Shown here in pieces: positions 40,652 to 50,104 of a stretch of 64,000 nt of DNA; within the stretch, counting starts at the first letter, position 1, and each line of letters begins with the position of its first letter. Below the pieces are notes generated by a model. That model had not been told where the DNA came from and did no database searches. It saw only the letters and a list, made by a program, of their open reading frames with translations. The stretch covers positions 1 to 64,000 of the IMG/VR virus record IMGVR_UViG_3300035228_001133. The stretch is one strand, 5' to 3'. Both the position numbers and the translations under genes were made by a program. The stretch is from a virus.

Positions 40652-41110
40652 ATGACAAAACAGGTTCAATTTAGAAAGGGAACCACAGCTGAACACTTTA
40701 ACTTCACTGGGGCCCTTGCTGAAATTACTGTTGATACGGATAAAAATGTTGCTGTTGTCCATGACGGTGTAACTCCTGGCGGTTTTGAACTTTCAAGATC
40801 AAGATGGATTTATGTCGCTGGAGATACTACTACTGGTACTAACCAGAAATATACGGTTGACTCCACATATACTCCTACAGGATTGAATGTTACTTTACCA
40901 ACTCCTCGTGCAGTTGGTGACTGGGTTTGGATTGAAGATTTTGGTAATTTTATGAGTATCAATCCAGTAAGCGTTATCTCGGATAAGTCTTTTGAGAACG
41001 GTCATCTCGTAAGAGAAAGTTCACCTTTTATTATGGATGTATCTGGAGCGTCTGTAACATTCATTTGGAATGGAAGTCTTTGGAAAGTGTTCAACAATAG
41101 AGGCAGTTAA
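40652..41110 (+). CDS. Fibre-associated protein with Mtd-N-like N-terminal domain
   Basis: 'VQFRKGTTAEH..FTGA.AEITVDTDK...VHDG.TPGG'; C-terminal 'VTLP.....GD.V...D' module. Confidence 0.75.
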   Translation: MTKQVQFRKGTTAEHFNFTGALAEITVDTDKNVAVVHDGVTPGGFELSRSRWIYVAGDTTTGTNQKYTVDSTYTPTGLNVTLPTPRAVGDWVWIEDFGNFMSINPVSVISDKSFENGHLVRESSPFIMDVSGASVTFIWNGSLWKVFNNRGS

Positions 41111-41112
41111 AC

Positions 41113-41517
41113 ATGGCACTAACCCTAAGTAATTCAATTTCTGGTGAATTTTTACCATCAGAATCATCTGGATTCTTTGTGTACGCATTAAGACGAGACG
41201 CAGATAATATGCTGCATTTCTCTAAAGTTAGTGCTGCATCTACAGAACTAGGCGAGTTTTATCGAACCAATGGAACTTCAATTCCAGAATTCGGTGATGG
41301 TGTTGACTATGGTTGTTACGATGTTGGTGTTGGTAAAACGTCAGTCATTCGTAACGACATTGCTACGGATAAAAAATCTTTAGATGATCCGAATGATAAA
41401 TATCAACAGATCCGCTTTGATAGAAGGAACCTCTACTATTACATAGATGATGATGGTTTTTTCGTCATCAGGTTCAATGGACCAGATTATGATTACAACT
41501 CTATCGGACCAAAATAA
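41113..41517 (+). CDS. Hypothetical virion-module protein
   Basis: 134-aa ORF; 'YALRRD', 'YQQ.RFD...L.YYIDDDG.F'. Confidence 0.7.
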   Translation: MALTLSNSISGEFLPSESSGFFVYALRRDADNMLHFSKVSAASTELGEFYRTNGTSIPEFGDGVDYGCYDVGVGKTSVIRNDIATDKKSLDDPNDKYQQIRFDRRNLYYYIDDDGFFVIRFNGPDYDYNSIGPK

Positions 41518-41535
41518 TAATTAAAAGGAGAAACA

Positions 41536-44500
41536 ATGGCTGAGTTTAGACTTGGAAGAGTAAAATTCAACTGGACGGGTAATTGGGATACTTCCAAATC
41601 TTACCTCATTGACGATATCGCCAAGTTTGGTGGCAATACTTATGTAGCGGTCGCAAACCATACTTCCACTGGAAGCACTGCTAACTTCTACACCGATCTC
41701 GGTAATTGGAATCTTCATATTGAGGGTCTAGAGAATAGGGGTAGTTGGTCACCAGATACGTATTACCGAGTAAACGATCTCGTCACCTTCGGTAACGTAG
41801 TATATCGTGTTACAGTTGCACATACTTCTGTCGGTACATTTATCGACGAGACGAAGGTTGTTCAGTATGTCGCAGGATTTAATTCAGAAGGCGAATGGCA
41901 AAACACCACAGAGTATCAGCAAGGGGACGTTGTTAATTACAACGGGTCTTCCTATGTTGCTATTACTACTTCTGCTGCTGGATTTAACCCACCAGAATAT
42001 ATCGGTTTAGGAACAGGTAGCAAGTGGAATGTTCTTTCCGATGGTCTTGCTGGCGCTGCAGTAACATATACAGAAGGCACCTATTATAGAGGTGACATGG
42101 TTCTGTTTGGTGGTAATTCTTATCGCCACAAACTTGGCATTACTACTAATGTTTCTCCTGTTCAAGCTGGACTGGGAACCGTTGGAGATGCTCAGTATAG
42201 TGGAACCGCCGTCTGGGATCTTCTGGTCAAAGGCATTAGCTTTGTTGGTAATTTCTCCACAACATTCGCATATCATCCAGGTCATGTCGTTAGATATGGA
42301 TCTAACTCATATGTCTCAGTTGGTGCTTCTTTCGTAAATATTAATCCAATTGCTGGTGTAGGAACATATTGGGAAACATTGGCTGCTGGTGACTCAGCTG
42401 CTGCTCTTAATACTAAGGGTGATATTCTTACTTATAACGGTGGTCCTGCTAGAATCGGTATTGGTTCTACTGGATATGCACTTGCAGTTCAAAGTGATGG
42501 AGTTCCTGGATACGAAATTGTTGGTAACCAGACAAGAATCTATTACGTTGACTCCGAAGATGGCCTAGATGCCAACAACGGTCTTGCACCTAACCTTGCA
42601 TTTAAGACAATCAAGGCGGCTTGTGCTGCTGCACGTCCTGATAACAATATCACTGACTTCCAGTATACTGCTGCAACTGGTGTTGCAACTATCACATCTC
42701 CTGGTCACGGTCTGGCAAACGTTGGTACGTTTGTTCAGTTGGCTGAGATTGAATTTGAATGTCTGTCTGGTGGTAATGTCTTCAATATCTTGGGCATGAC
42801 ATACAACAAGGCTGTTGGTCTTGCAACTATTACTGCTATTGGTCTTGGTGCTGCTCCAGAAATTGGAATTGGTGCTACTGTTAGATTGAGAAATCTTGGT
42901 ATTTCATTCACTGGTAATGCAAACTTTGAACACCAGTTCTCCCGTGCAGAGTCAGATGCCCTCATCACTGGTGGTGACTATATTCATAACTTTGTGGCTG
43001 CTACTTCGGGTGCAGTTAACGTTGTAACAGGAAGTCTTTCTGGATCCCAGTTAACTCCAACAAATGCTGTTTATACGGCAACTAGTGGTGAGTTGGAGAT
43101 CACTGTTGGTTCTCACGGTTTGTCGATTAGTGACACTATCAGCTTTGATGCCAACTCAATGACATTCACTTGTCAAATGGACGGTGGTAGTTCCAATAAG
43201 ACATATCCAAGAACAACTGACCCCGCATACGGTGTCAATCTCTCGATCAATGCAATTACTGCAAACACTTTCACAGTTAACGTTGGACCTTCTCCTATCG
43301 TTAACTTCCAAGTTGGTGGTGCAACATATAACCAGGTAACTGGCGATATCGTAATGGATGTCGGTGTTCATCAACTTGATATTGGTACATCGGTCAAACT
43401 TCTTACCGAAGGCATCGTCTTCAAGTGTTCCATGGACGGTTACCTAACCGACCACGCATATCCAAGAGCAACTGCTGGTGATGGTTCTCCTGATCCTGCA
43501 TACAATACTGCTCTGTCGATTACTGCTGCAACAACTACTACCATCACGGTTAATGTTGGTACTGCAAGTTCTTCTCAGACAATTACTGGTAAGTTCCCTG
43601 CAGTTCATACTCAGGCATCTACTTTCCAGTTCCCAGTTCAGGCAGTTCCCGATAACAACTCTATTGTAGTTAACGTCGGTGTTTCTAATACTGATTATCT
43701 CTATGTTTCTGGTGGTACTGCGTTCGTTGGTGTTACAACAACGGTTTATCCCGATAAGGTCTCTAAGTCTTACTTTGAGGTTCTTCAGGTTATTGATGCC
43801 AATAGAATTAGAGCTAACGTTGGTATCTCCACAATCAATCACACATATGTGAGAGGTGGTCATCTAACTGATCTAACTCCTGCTATTCTGAAACTGTCTG
43901 CTTCACAGTTCTATGAGCAACTGCCAATCAAGGTTCCTCCTTTTACCTCGATTATCGGTAACTCACTAAGAGGTACTCAGGTTCTACCTGCTGCTGGTTT
44001 CTCTGACGATTCTGTAACTCCTAATAACAGATCTCAGATGTTCCAGTTGTCTGATGCTACTACCCTTCAGGCAATGTCCATGAAGGGAATGGAAGGATTT
44101 ATGTATGATCCTAACGTACCTTTCGTACTAGATAATAGTAACATTAGAACTGGTCTTGGAACAACTGCTGCTGGTGTTGTTTGTGCCTTTAACCCAGATT
44201 CCCCAATCAATAATAAGTCTCCTTACGTTAAGGATTGTACTGTATTCTCCGATAACGCAAGTGATTTCGGTCGTCACGGTGGTGGTGCTGTTGGTGTATT
44301 CGCTGATGGTGGTGTCCATTCCGAGGGTGCGAAATCAATTGTCTTTGACTCCTTCACCCAGGTATCTTCCGATGGTGCTGGATATATCCTAGACAAGAGT
44401 GCAATCTCCGAGATTGTTTCTTGCTTCACCTACTACTGTAAGTGGGGATACTACTCTGGTGGCGGATCTAGAATTCGTTCCGTTGGTGGTAACAACTCCT

Positions 44501-45969
44501 ATGGTGATTACGGTGTTATTGCATCTGGATTCTCCACAGACGAAAGCCCAAGAACATCAAGAGTCTTTGGTTCTCTGATGGAAGTAAACGGTCCAACTAA
44601 GGCTGGTACTCTGGCTATTGGTGCTACCATGTTTGGTGCAACCTCTGGTGCTCGTGGATGGTTCATTAACGATCAAACCGCTGCAGACAGAATTTACTTC
44701 AAGTATCATCCTGGTTATGGTTCAGTTGGTCTTGGAACCACTGGATTCGTAGATGGTGAGATTATCTGGTTCGGTGCTGGCGGCGACAGTCAGGCTGGTG
44801 TTGGTTCTATCACAGTTTCTGGTGTTACTTCCTCTATCGGCGGACAAAGAGGAACAATCCTTGAGGTTGACAATATTTCTTCAACACTCTTAGTTGGTGA
44901 CGCACTTGGATTCTCTACAACCTCTTATGGTGATGACAATCTCTTCTATATCATCAATACAGTCACGAATATCTCTGCTGCTTCCACATACACGTATTAC
45001 ACACCTAGTGGTATTGCAACAGTAACATATCAAGATCGTGCTACGCTGACAATTTCTCCAGAGAAGTCAAGTGGTACATGGGATACCCGAGAGGTAACTG
45101 GTGCAGGTTCTACACTATCTGTTAGAACCCTCTTCTCACAGTGTCGCCTAACAGGACATGACTTCCTGAGTGTTGGTACTGGTAACAAGGCAGAAACCAA
45201 TTATCCCGATGTTGATCAAACTCAGATTATTCAGGGTAATGAGACTAATATCTTCGGTCCTGGTAAGGTATTCTTTGTTTCCACTGACCAAGGTGGTAAC
45301 TTCAGAGTCGGTCAATTCTTCTCCGTTGATCAGTTGACTGGTCGTGCAACCTTGGACGCTTCTGCGTTCAACCTGTCTGGTTTGACTGAACTGAGACTGG
45401 GTGCAATCGGTGGTCAAATTGGTGAGGCAATCAACGAATTCTCCTCGGATGAATTCATGTCTGGTCAGTCCAATACTGCATGTCCTACTGAGGGTGCAGT
45501 TGCTGGATTCCTCCGTCATGGTGCGATGGGCGTCAAGGCAATGACTCCACCAGTTGGTACTACTGCCGAAAGACCTGGTGGGCTCGATGAAGAGTTCAAC
45601 ACTGGTGCTTTGAGATTCAACACTGATCTTGGTTCTATTGAATTCTATAACGGATCTATTTGGACACAACCTGGACTTAAGACCTACTCAACGGTATCGA
45701 GTTCTGGCGCGGTTGCGGCGGGTCAGGTCTACTTTGTTAACACCACTGGTGGTACTCTAACTCTGACTCTACCTGCATCCCCCGCACTGGGAGATACCAT
45801 TAGATTCTATGATGTTGCCAACACCTATGATTCTAATGCGTTGGTCGTTGGACGTAATGGGAAGAAGATTCAGGGTGATGATTCTGACATGACGGTCAAT
45901 CTTGAAGGGGCTTCATTTGAACTCGCCTTCTCGGGTGATACCTACGGTTGGAGATTGTTCTCCGTCTGA
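41536..45969 (+). CDS. Tail fibre-like protein with carbohydrate-binding-like repeats and a beta-helix-like region
   Basis: AAGGAG RBS; 'MAEFRLGR..F.W.G.W', repeated 'Y..GDVV.Y.G..Y', 'YYV...G.D.N.G......FKTI..A', 'STDQ.GNFRVG.FF.V.Q.TG'. Confidence 0.85.
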   Translation: MAEFRLGRVKFNWTGNWDTSKSYLIDDIAKFGGNTYVAVANHTSTGSTANFYTDLGNWNLHIEGLENRGSWSPDTYYRVNDLVTFGNVVYRVTVAHTSVGTFIDETKVVQYVAGFNSEGEWQNTTEYQQGDVVNYNGSSYVAITTSAAGFNPPEYIGLGTGSKWNVLSDGLAGAAVTYTEGTYYRGDMVLFGGNSYRHKLGITTNVSPVQAGLGTVGDAQYSGTAVWDLLVKGISFVGNFSTTFAYHPGHVVRYGSNSYVSVGASFVNINPIAGVGTYWETLAAGDSAAALNTKGDILTYNGGPARIGIGSTGYALAVQSDGVPGYEIVGNQTRIYYVDSEDGLDANNGLAPNLAFKTIKAACAAARPDNNITDFQYTAATGVATITSPGHGLANVGTFVQLAEIEFECLSGGNVFNILGMTYNKAVGLATITAIGLGAAPEIGIGATVRLRNLGISFTGNANFEHQFSRAESDALITGGDYIHNFVAATSGAVNVVTGSLSGSQLTPTNAVYTATSGELEITVGSHGLSISDTISFDANSMTFTCQMDGGSSNKTYPRTTDPAYGVNLSINAITANTFTVNVGPSPIVNFQVGGATYNQVTGDIVMDVGVHQLDIGTSVKLLTEGIVFKCSMDGYLTDHAYPRATAGDGSPDPAYNTALSITAATTTTITVNVGTASSSQTITGKFPAVHTQASTFQFPVQAVPDNNSIVVNVGVSNTDYLYVSGGTAFVGVTTTVYPDKVSKSYFEVLQVIDANRIRANVGISTINHTYVRGGHLTDLTPAILKLSASQFYEQLPIKVPPFTSIIGNSLRGTQVLPAAGFSDDSVTPNNRSQMFQLSDATTLQAMSMKGMEGFMYDPNVPFVLDNSNIRTGLGTTAAGVVCAFNPDSPINNKSPYVKDCTVFSDNASDFGRHGGGAVGVFADGGVHSEGAKSIVFDSFTQVSSDGAGYILDKSAISEIVSCFTYYCKWGYYSGGGSRIRSVGGNNSYGDYGVIASGFSTDESPRTSRVFGSLMEVNGPTKAGTLAIGATMFGATSGARGWFINDQTAADRIYFKYHPGYGSVGLGTTGFVDGEIIWFGAGGDSQAGVGSITVSGVTSSIGGQRGTILEVDNISSTLLVGDALGFSTTSYGDDNLFYIINTVTNISAASTYTYYTPSGIATVTYQDRATLTISPEKSSGTWDTREVTGAGSTLSVRTLFSQCRLTGHDFLSVGTGNKAETNYPDVDQTQIIQGNETNIFGPGKVFFVSTDQGGNFRVGQFFSVDQLTGRATLDASAFNLSGLTELRLGAIGGQIGEAINEFSSDEFMSGQSNTACPTEGAVAGFLRHGAMGVKAMTPPVGTTAERPGGLDEEFNTGALRFNTDLGSIEFYNGSIWTQPGLKTYSTVSSSGAVAAGQVYFVNTTGGTLTLTLPASPALGDTIRFYDVANTYDSNALVVGRNGKKIQGDDSDMTVNLEGASFELAFSGDTYGWRLFSV

Positions 45970-46038
45970 TACGTGACTATCTTTGTTATGATTTTCTTTA
46001 TCAATTTTTATCTAAATAAAACTAATCTAGGATCGTAA

Positions 46039-46821
46039 ATGGCCAACTACAGATCATATAAAAAAGTAACTGCGGCCCAGGTTCCAGATGGGTCCATCAC
46101 CGTTGATAAACTTGCTAGTGGTGTTGGACCGAGCTGGAACGTAAAAACAGTTTACGGAGATCCATCATCAATGACTTCTGGTTGCTGTTGTCTTTGGACT
46201 GTTCCAACTGGAGTTGGTAAAATTACTTGGGAACTATGGGGTGCTGGTGGTAATGGACATGGTGCATGTTCTTGCAACAGATGTCATCACTACAAAGGTG
46301 CTGGCGGTGGAAGTTACAACACCAAGACAATTTCTACAACAGGAAGTTGTCAATATACAGTATGTGCTGCTGGCGTCTATAGATGCTGTTCTAGAGAATG
46401 TACTGGATGTTACGGATGTTCTTCATATGTAAATGGATATAATCTAAGTAACTTCTGTGCAGTGGGTGGTGGTAGAGGAGAAGCCAATACTGATTGGTCT
46501 AACCTCTGTGCATCTGTCCATCACACCTGTATGCAACCAGGAACATATGATGGGGACTTTGCAGTAAACCCTCATTGGCCAGGATTCAGTGGTCAATGGA
46601 ACTGTCATTGTGGTCTGTCGAATACACAAACTTGCAGTGGTGGAGCCGCACTAATTGGAATTGGTAATAAAACGTACTCCAGTCACTGTTGGATGCGTTG
46701 TGGTTGCTGGATCGCACCATATGGTGCTGGTGGCCAAGGCGCAATGACTTCATATTGTGAAAGATGCTGCGGTCAAGGCGGTACTGGTGGATCTGGAATA
46801 GTACGTATCACATACATGTAA
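46039..46821 (+). CDS. Cys/Gly-rich protein 1 (glycine-rich fibre-tip-like domain)
   Basis: GCCCLWTVPTGV...WGAGGNG...CCGQGGTGGSGIVRITY; 25 Cys; CTAAATA at 46012-46018. Confidence 0.8.
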   Translation: MANYRSYKKVTAAQVPDGSITVDKLASGVGPSWNVKTVYGDPSSMTSGCCCLWTVPTGVGKITWELWGAGGNGHGACSCNRCHHYKGAGGGSYNTKTISTTGSCQYTVCAAGVYRCCSRECTGCYGCSSYVNGYNLSNFCAVGGGRGEANTDWSNLCASVHHTCMQPGTYDGDFAVNPHWPGFSGQWNCHCGLSNTQTCSGGAALIGIGNKTYSSHCWMRCGCWIAPYGAGGQGAMTSYCERCCGQGGTGGSGIVRITYM

Positions 46822-46834
46822 TCAAGGGGAATCA

Positions 46835-47632
46835 ATGGCCGACTACACAAGTTATAAAAAAATTAGTGGAGATCAACTAGATAGTGGAATCTTAGGATCT
46901 GCAAAATTTGCTTCATCCCCAACTTCAACATTTGGAGTAAAGTGGATCTATGGAACTGCGTGCCGATGTTCACCTGGATGTTGCTGCGCTTGGGTTGTTC
47001 CTACTGGAGTTAAGAAACTCTGGATCCAGGCTTGGGGTGCTGGTGGTAATGGAAATGGTGCATGTTCATGTAGTAGATGTCATCACTACAGAGGTGCTGG
47101 CGGTGGACTGTATAACAGTGTGATGTTAGATACCGCCGCTGGATGTACATATTCTGTATGTGCAGGTGGTGTGTATCCATGTCTTTCTAGAGAGTGTGCT
47201 GGATGTAACGGATGTACTTCATACGTTAATGGTTATAATTTAAGTAACTTCTGTGCATACGGTGGATCTTGTGGTCACGCCAACACTAGTTGGTCAACTG
47301 CATGTAATGCAGAATGGCACTGCTGTGTGGCTCCTACATCTAATGGTGGTCAGTTTGGTATGGGTAACCTACGAGACACTTGGTCTACTGGTGGACATGA
47401 TACTTACCGTGGTTGGTGTCATTGTTGGGTTCAGATGCAAACACCAACTTCTGCTCCATTCATTGGAACTGATGTTCATATGTCAAATAGAGAGTGTTGG
47501 ATCCGTTGTGGTTGCTGGATTGTTCCTTATGGTCATGGTGGTCAGGGCGCACACTCTTCATATTGTGGTTCAAGTTGCTGCGGACAAGGCGGTACTGGTG
47601 GCGGCGGACTCGTCAAAATCACTTACTTCTGA
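46835..47632 (+). CDS. Cys/Gly-rich protein 2 (paralog)
   Basis: Same Cys skeleton as the flanking paralogs. Confidence 0.8.
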   Translation: MADYTSYKKISGDQLDSGILGSAKFASSPTSTFGVKWIYGTACRCSPGCCCAWVVPTGVKKLWIQAWGAGGNGNGACSCSRCHHYRGAGGGLYNSVMLDTAAGCTYSVCAGGVYPCLSRECAGCNGCTSYVNGYNLSNFCAYGGSCGHANTSWSTACNAEWHCCVAPTSNGGQFGMGNLRDTWSTGGHDTYRGWCHCWVQMQTPTSAPFIGTDVHMSNRECWIRCGCWIVPYGHGGQGAHSSYCGSSCCGQGGTGGGGLVKITYF

Positions 47633-47658
47633 TAAATAACTATTAAATAGGACTCCAA

Positions 47659-48456
47659 ATGGCCAATTACGCTTCTTATAAACAGATTAGTAACTCCCAA
47701 ATTGTTAATGGGTCTATTACTAACACTCAGCTAGAGAGTGGAGCATTCTCTAACTGGAATGTTAAGTGGATCTATGGGGATCCTGGAACATTGTCATCTG
47801 GTTGCTGTTGTCTTTGGACTGTTCCAACTGGAGTCCAAAAAATGTACGTGGAACTCTGGGGCGCTGGAGGAAATGGACATGGAACATGTTCATGTAACAG
47901 ATGTTATAACTGGCATGGAGCTCAGGGTGGATACTATAATGCAAAAACTCTTTCCGTAACACCAACAAATCAATATACAGTATGTGCTGGTGGTGTTTAT
48001 CGTTGTTGTTCTAGAGAATGTGTTGGATGTGATGGATGTGTTTCATATATGAATGGAACTGGATTATCTAACTTCTGTGCAATGGGTGGCACTAGAGGTT
48101 GTGCAACTAACTCTTGGTCCACAACTTGTAGTTCCACTATGGCTAAGTGTTGTATGGAACCTGGTGCTCATGGAGGAGACTTTGGAATGGGTAACCATGG
48201 TGGTGGTACTAGAAAAGGATACGGTGGTGATGGTATGTACTGTCATTGTTTCTTCAATGAGACTAGATCTACAGGAGCTCCATTTTTGGGTACTATGGCA
48301 GTGGCTAATACGGTTAGACATTGTTGGGTCCGTTGTGGTTGCTGGAGAGCTCCATATGGACATGGTGGTCAGGGTGCGATCACATCTTACTGTGAAAGAT
48401 GTTGCGGACAAGGTGGAACTGGTGGCGGTGGTCTTGTTAAAATTAGTTATATGTAA
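47659..48456 (+). CDS. Cys/Gly-rich protein 3 (paralog)
   Basis: Same Cys skeleton; ATAAATA at 47632-47638. Confidence 0.8.
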   Translation: MANYASYKQISNSQIVNGSITNTQLESGAFSNWNVKWIYGDPGTLSSGCCCLWTVPTGVQKMYVELWGAGGNGHGTCSCNRCYNWHGAQGGYYNAKTLSVTPTNQYTVCAGGVYRCCSRECVGCDGCVSYMNGTGLSNFCAMGGTRGCATNSWSTTCSSTMAKCCMEPGAHGGDFGMGNHGGGTRKGYGGDGMYCHCFFNETRSTGAPFLGTMAVANTVRHCWVRCGCWRAPYGHGGQGAITSYCERCCGQGGTGGGGLVKISYM

Positions 48457-48496
48457 TTCTGGATGTTGTGGGGCAGGATGTCCCGATTGTCCATTT

Positions 48497-48521
48497 AGAC
48501 CTCGGAAAGGGGTCTTTTTTT
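48497..48521 (+). terminator. Rho-independent terminator
   Basis: AGACCTC-GGAAA-GGGGTCT followed by a T-tract. Confidence 0.8.
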
Positions 48522-48530
48522 ATGTTTTAT

Positions 48531-48538
48531 TATAAATA
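48531..48538 (+). promoter_or_regulatory. T4-type late promoter
   Basis: TATAAATA. Confidence 0.8.
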
Positions 48539-48572
48539 ACTGGGAAGGATGTTAACCTGAAAAAATCTAACC

Positions 48573-49343
48573 ATGGCAACAGAAATTATTTCTCACGATT
48601 GGAACATGCCTGTTCCAAACGCTTTTCTAAGAGATCACTCATATTCCGAAGGCAAATCAAGAGCTGTCACTTACGATGGTCCTGACAAAATTTGGCTCCA
48701 AATTGGTGCCGATGGGACAGAAAAGTACGGTCCGTTAACCGAAGATGACCTTGCTGATGGGAGACCAATCCCAGCCGATGTAACTCAAATGTTTGAAGTG
48801 GATTGCACAGCGTATCCACTAATTTGTCAACTGAGGGGACCAGTCATCGATGAAAAAGAAGAAACACGAGACGTTGATGATGACGTTGCTCATCCAGATT
48901 GTCCCGATATGACTGCTCAAGGGTACAGACAATTTAAGTATAATCAGCATTTGTTTATCGAAGATCTTTATGACGCATCAACTGTAAAAGTTGTTGATGG
49001 AGTTCCAACAATACATGCATTTACTGTTCAGGAAAAACTCCTTGGCAGACCAACTGATTTGACCTGGGATGAGATTAGATCTCATAGAAATTCAATTCTT
49101 GATCAGACTGATGGTCAAATTGCAGATGACATGCCCGAGGACATGAAGAATTCTTGGAAAGCGTATCGTCAGAAGTTGAGAGATCTGCCAACTGAATTGG
49201 AAACTGCTGGTGTTTCACCAAATATAGCATACTACATGTTCCCAGACCAACCATTTTATACTGCACCTCCATCTGACCCAGAAGCACCTGCAGATGCAAC
49301 TGCCGATTGGGCCCCTCCAGAGAGTGGTGTTATTAACGGTTGA
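48573..49343 (+). CDS. Tail-fibre assembly chaperone-like protein
   Basis: 'W..IR..RN..L..TD.....D.......W..YRQ.LRDLP' motif. Confidence 0.8.
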   Translation: MATEIISHDWNMPVPNAFLRDHSYSEGKSRAVTYDGPDKIWLQIGADGTEKYGPLTEDDLADGRPIPADVTQMFEVDCTAYPLICQLRGPVIDEKEETRDVDDDVAHPDCPDMTAQGYRQFKYNQHLFIEDLYDASTVKVVDGVPTIHAFTVQEKLLGRPTDLTWDEIRSHRNSILDQTDGQIADDMPEDMKNSWKAYRQKLRDLPTELETAGVSPNIAYYMFPDQPFYTAPPSDPEAPADATADWAPPESGVING

Positions 49344-49375
49344 GTTTAAGGTAGATATATAATATTATATTATAT

Positions 49376-49396
49376 GGGAGCTAAGGCTCCCTTTTT
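49376..49396 (+). terminator. Rho-independent terminator
   Basis: GGGAGC-TAAG-GCTCCC-TTTTT. Confidence 0.85.
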
Positions 49397-49409
49397 AATG
49401 AGAAGAAAT

Positions 49410-50042
49410 ATGTTTGAACTAAATGAATCTCGTAAGACGACAGTAAAAAAAATATATGATCATTCTAAAAATGAACTAGGATATGTATGGAGATATGTAA
49501 TTACTGTAGATGATTTCTATAAAGATCCTGATAAAGTGCGAGAAATTGCTCTTAATGGTACTCGCAAGACAGATAAGAAATATACGGGAAATCTTATAGG
49601 ATCAAGAGTTGTTGAAAATATAGAAGGATTTGATGAGAATTTAAAATCAGTTTTTGAAAAAGCATGTCAATTTGATTTTTGGAATCCAGAGTACGATGAT
49701 ACTTTTTGGAGAGATACTAAATTTATGGTAAATATCACTAATGGGGATGATATTGAAAATAGATTTAATGAGAAAAAACATACCTATACATTCCATAAAG
49801 ATTCAACCAATTATAAGTGGGCTGCAGTAATTTATCTCAATAAAGATGAAGAATGTGATGGGGGAACTAACTTTTATGCTTGGATGCCAGAAGATCCATC
49901 AGCCGTACCAAGATTGGAATATGAATCTGAAATGAAATACAATAGGATGGTATTATATGAATGTGGTCACATGCATGGAGCAGTTCTTAAAAGAGGTATG
50001 TTTACTGAGTTTCCAAGACTTGTGCAAGTATTATTCATGTAA
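49410..50042 (+). CDS. DUF6445-like 2OG-Fe(II) oxygenase-fold protein
   Basis: 'VDDFYKDPD.VR', H.D, 'WAAVIYLN....GGT.FY', 'MKYNR...Y....HG'; start placed after the terminator. Confidence 0.75.
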   Translation: MFELNESRKTTVKKIYDHSKNELGYVWRYVITVDDFYKDPDKVREIALNGTRKTDKKYTGNLIGSRVVENIEGFDENLKSVFEKACQFDFWNPEYDDTFWRDTKFMVNITNGDDIENRFNEKKHTYTFHKDSTNYKWAAVIYLNKDEECDGGTNFYAWMPEDPSAVPRLEYESEMKYNRMVLYECGHMHGAVLKRGMFTEFPRLVQVLFM

Positions 50043-50104
50043 TTTTGGTAGACTAAATACATCAGAATAGATCATTCTTTATCATACTGTTTGGAGTTTT
50101 TTAT

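Noticed and set aside
40652-41110. Diversity-generating retroelement suggested by the Mtd-N domain
   Set aside because: No reverse transcriptase and no long TR/VR pair with adenine-specific mismatches seen in the window
48053-48448. The 160-aa +1 ORF over Cys-rich gene 3 as a real protein
   Set aside because: Shadow-like along its length; only the final Cys motif beyond the stop looks meaningful and is reported separately
46039-48456. Selenoprotein or RiPP precursor interpretation of the Cys-rich genes
   Set aside because: No in-frame TGA, no leader/core architecture, and no adjacent radical-SAM, YcaO or LanM enzyme
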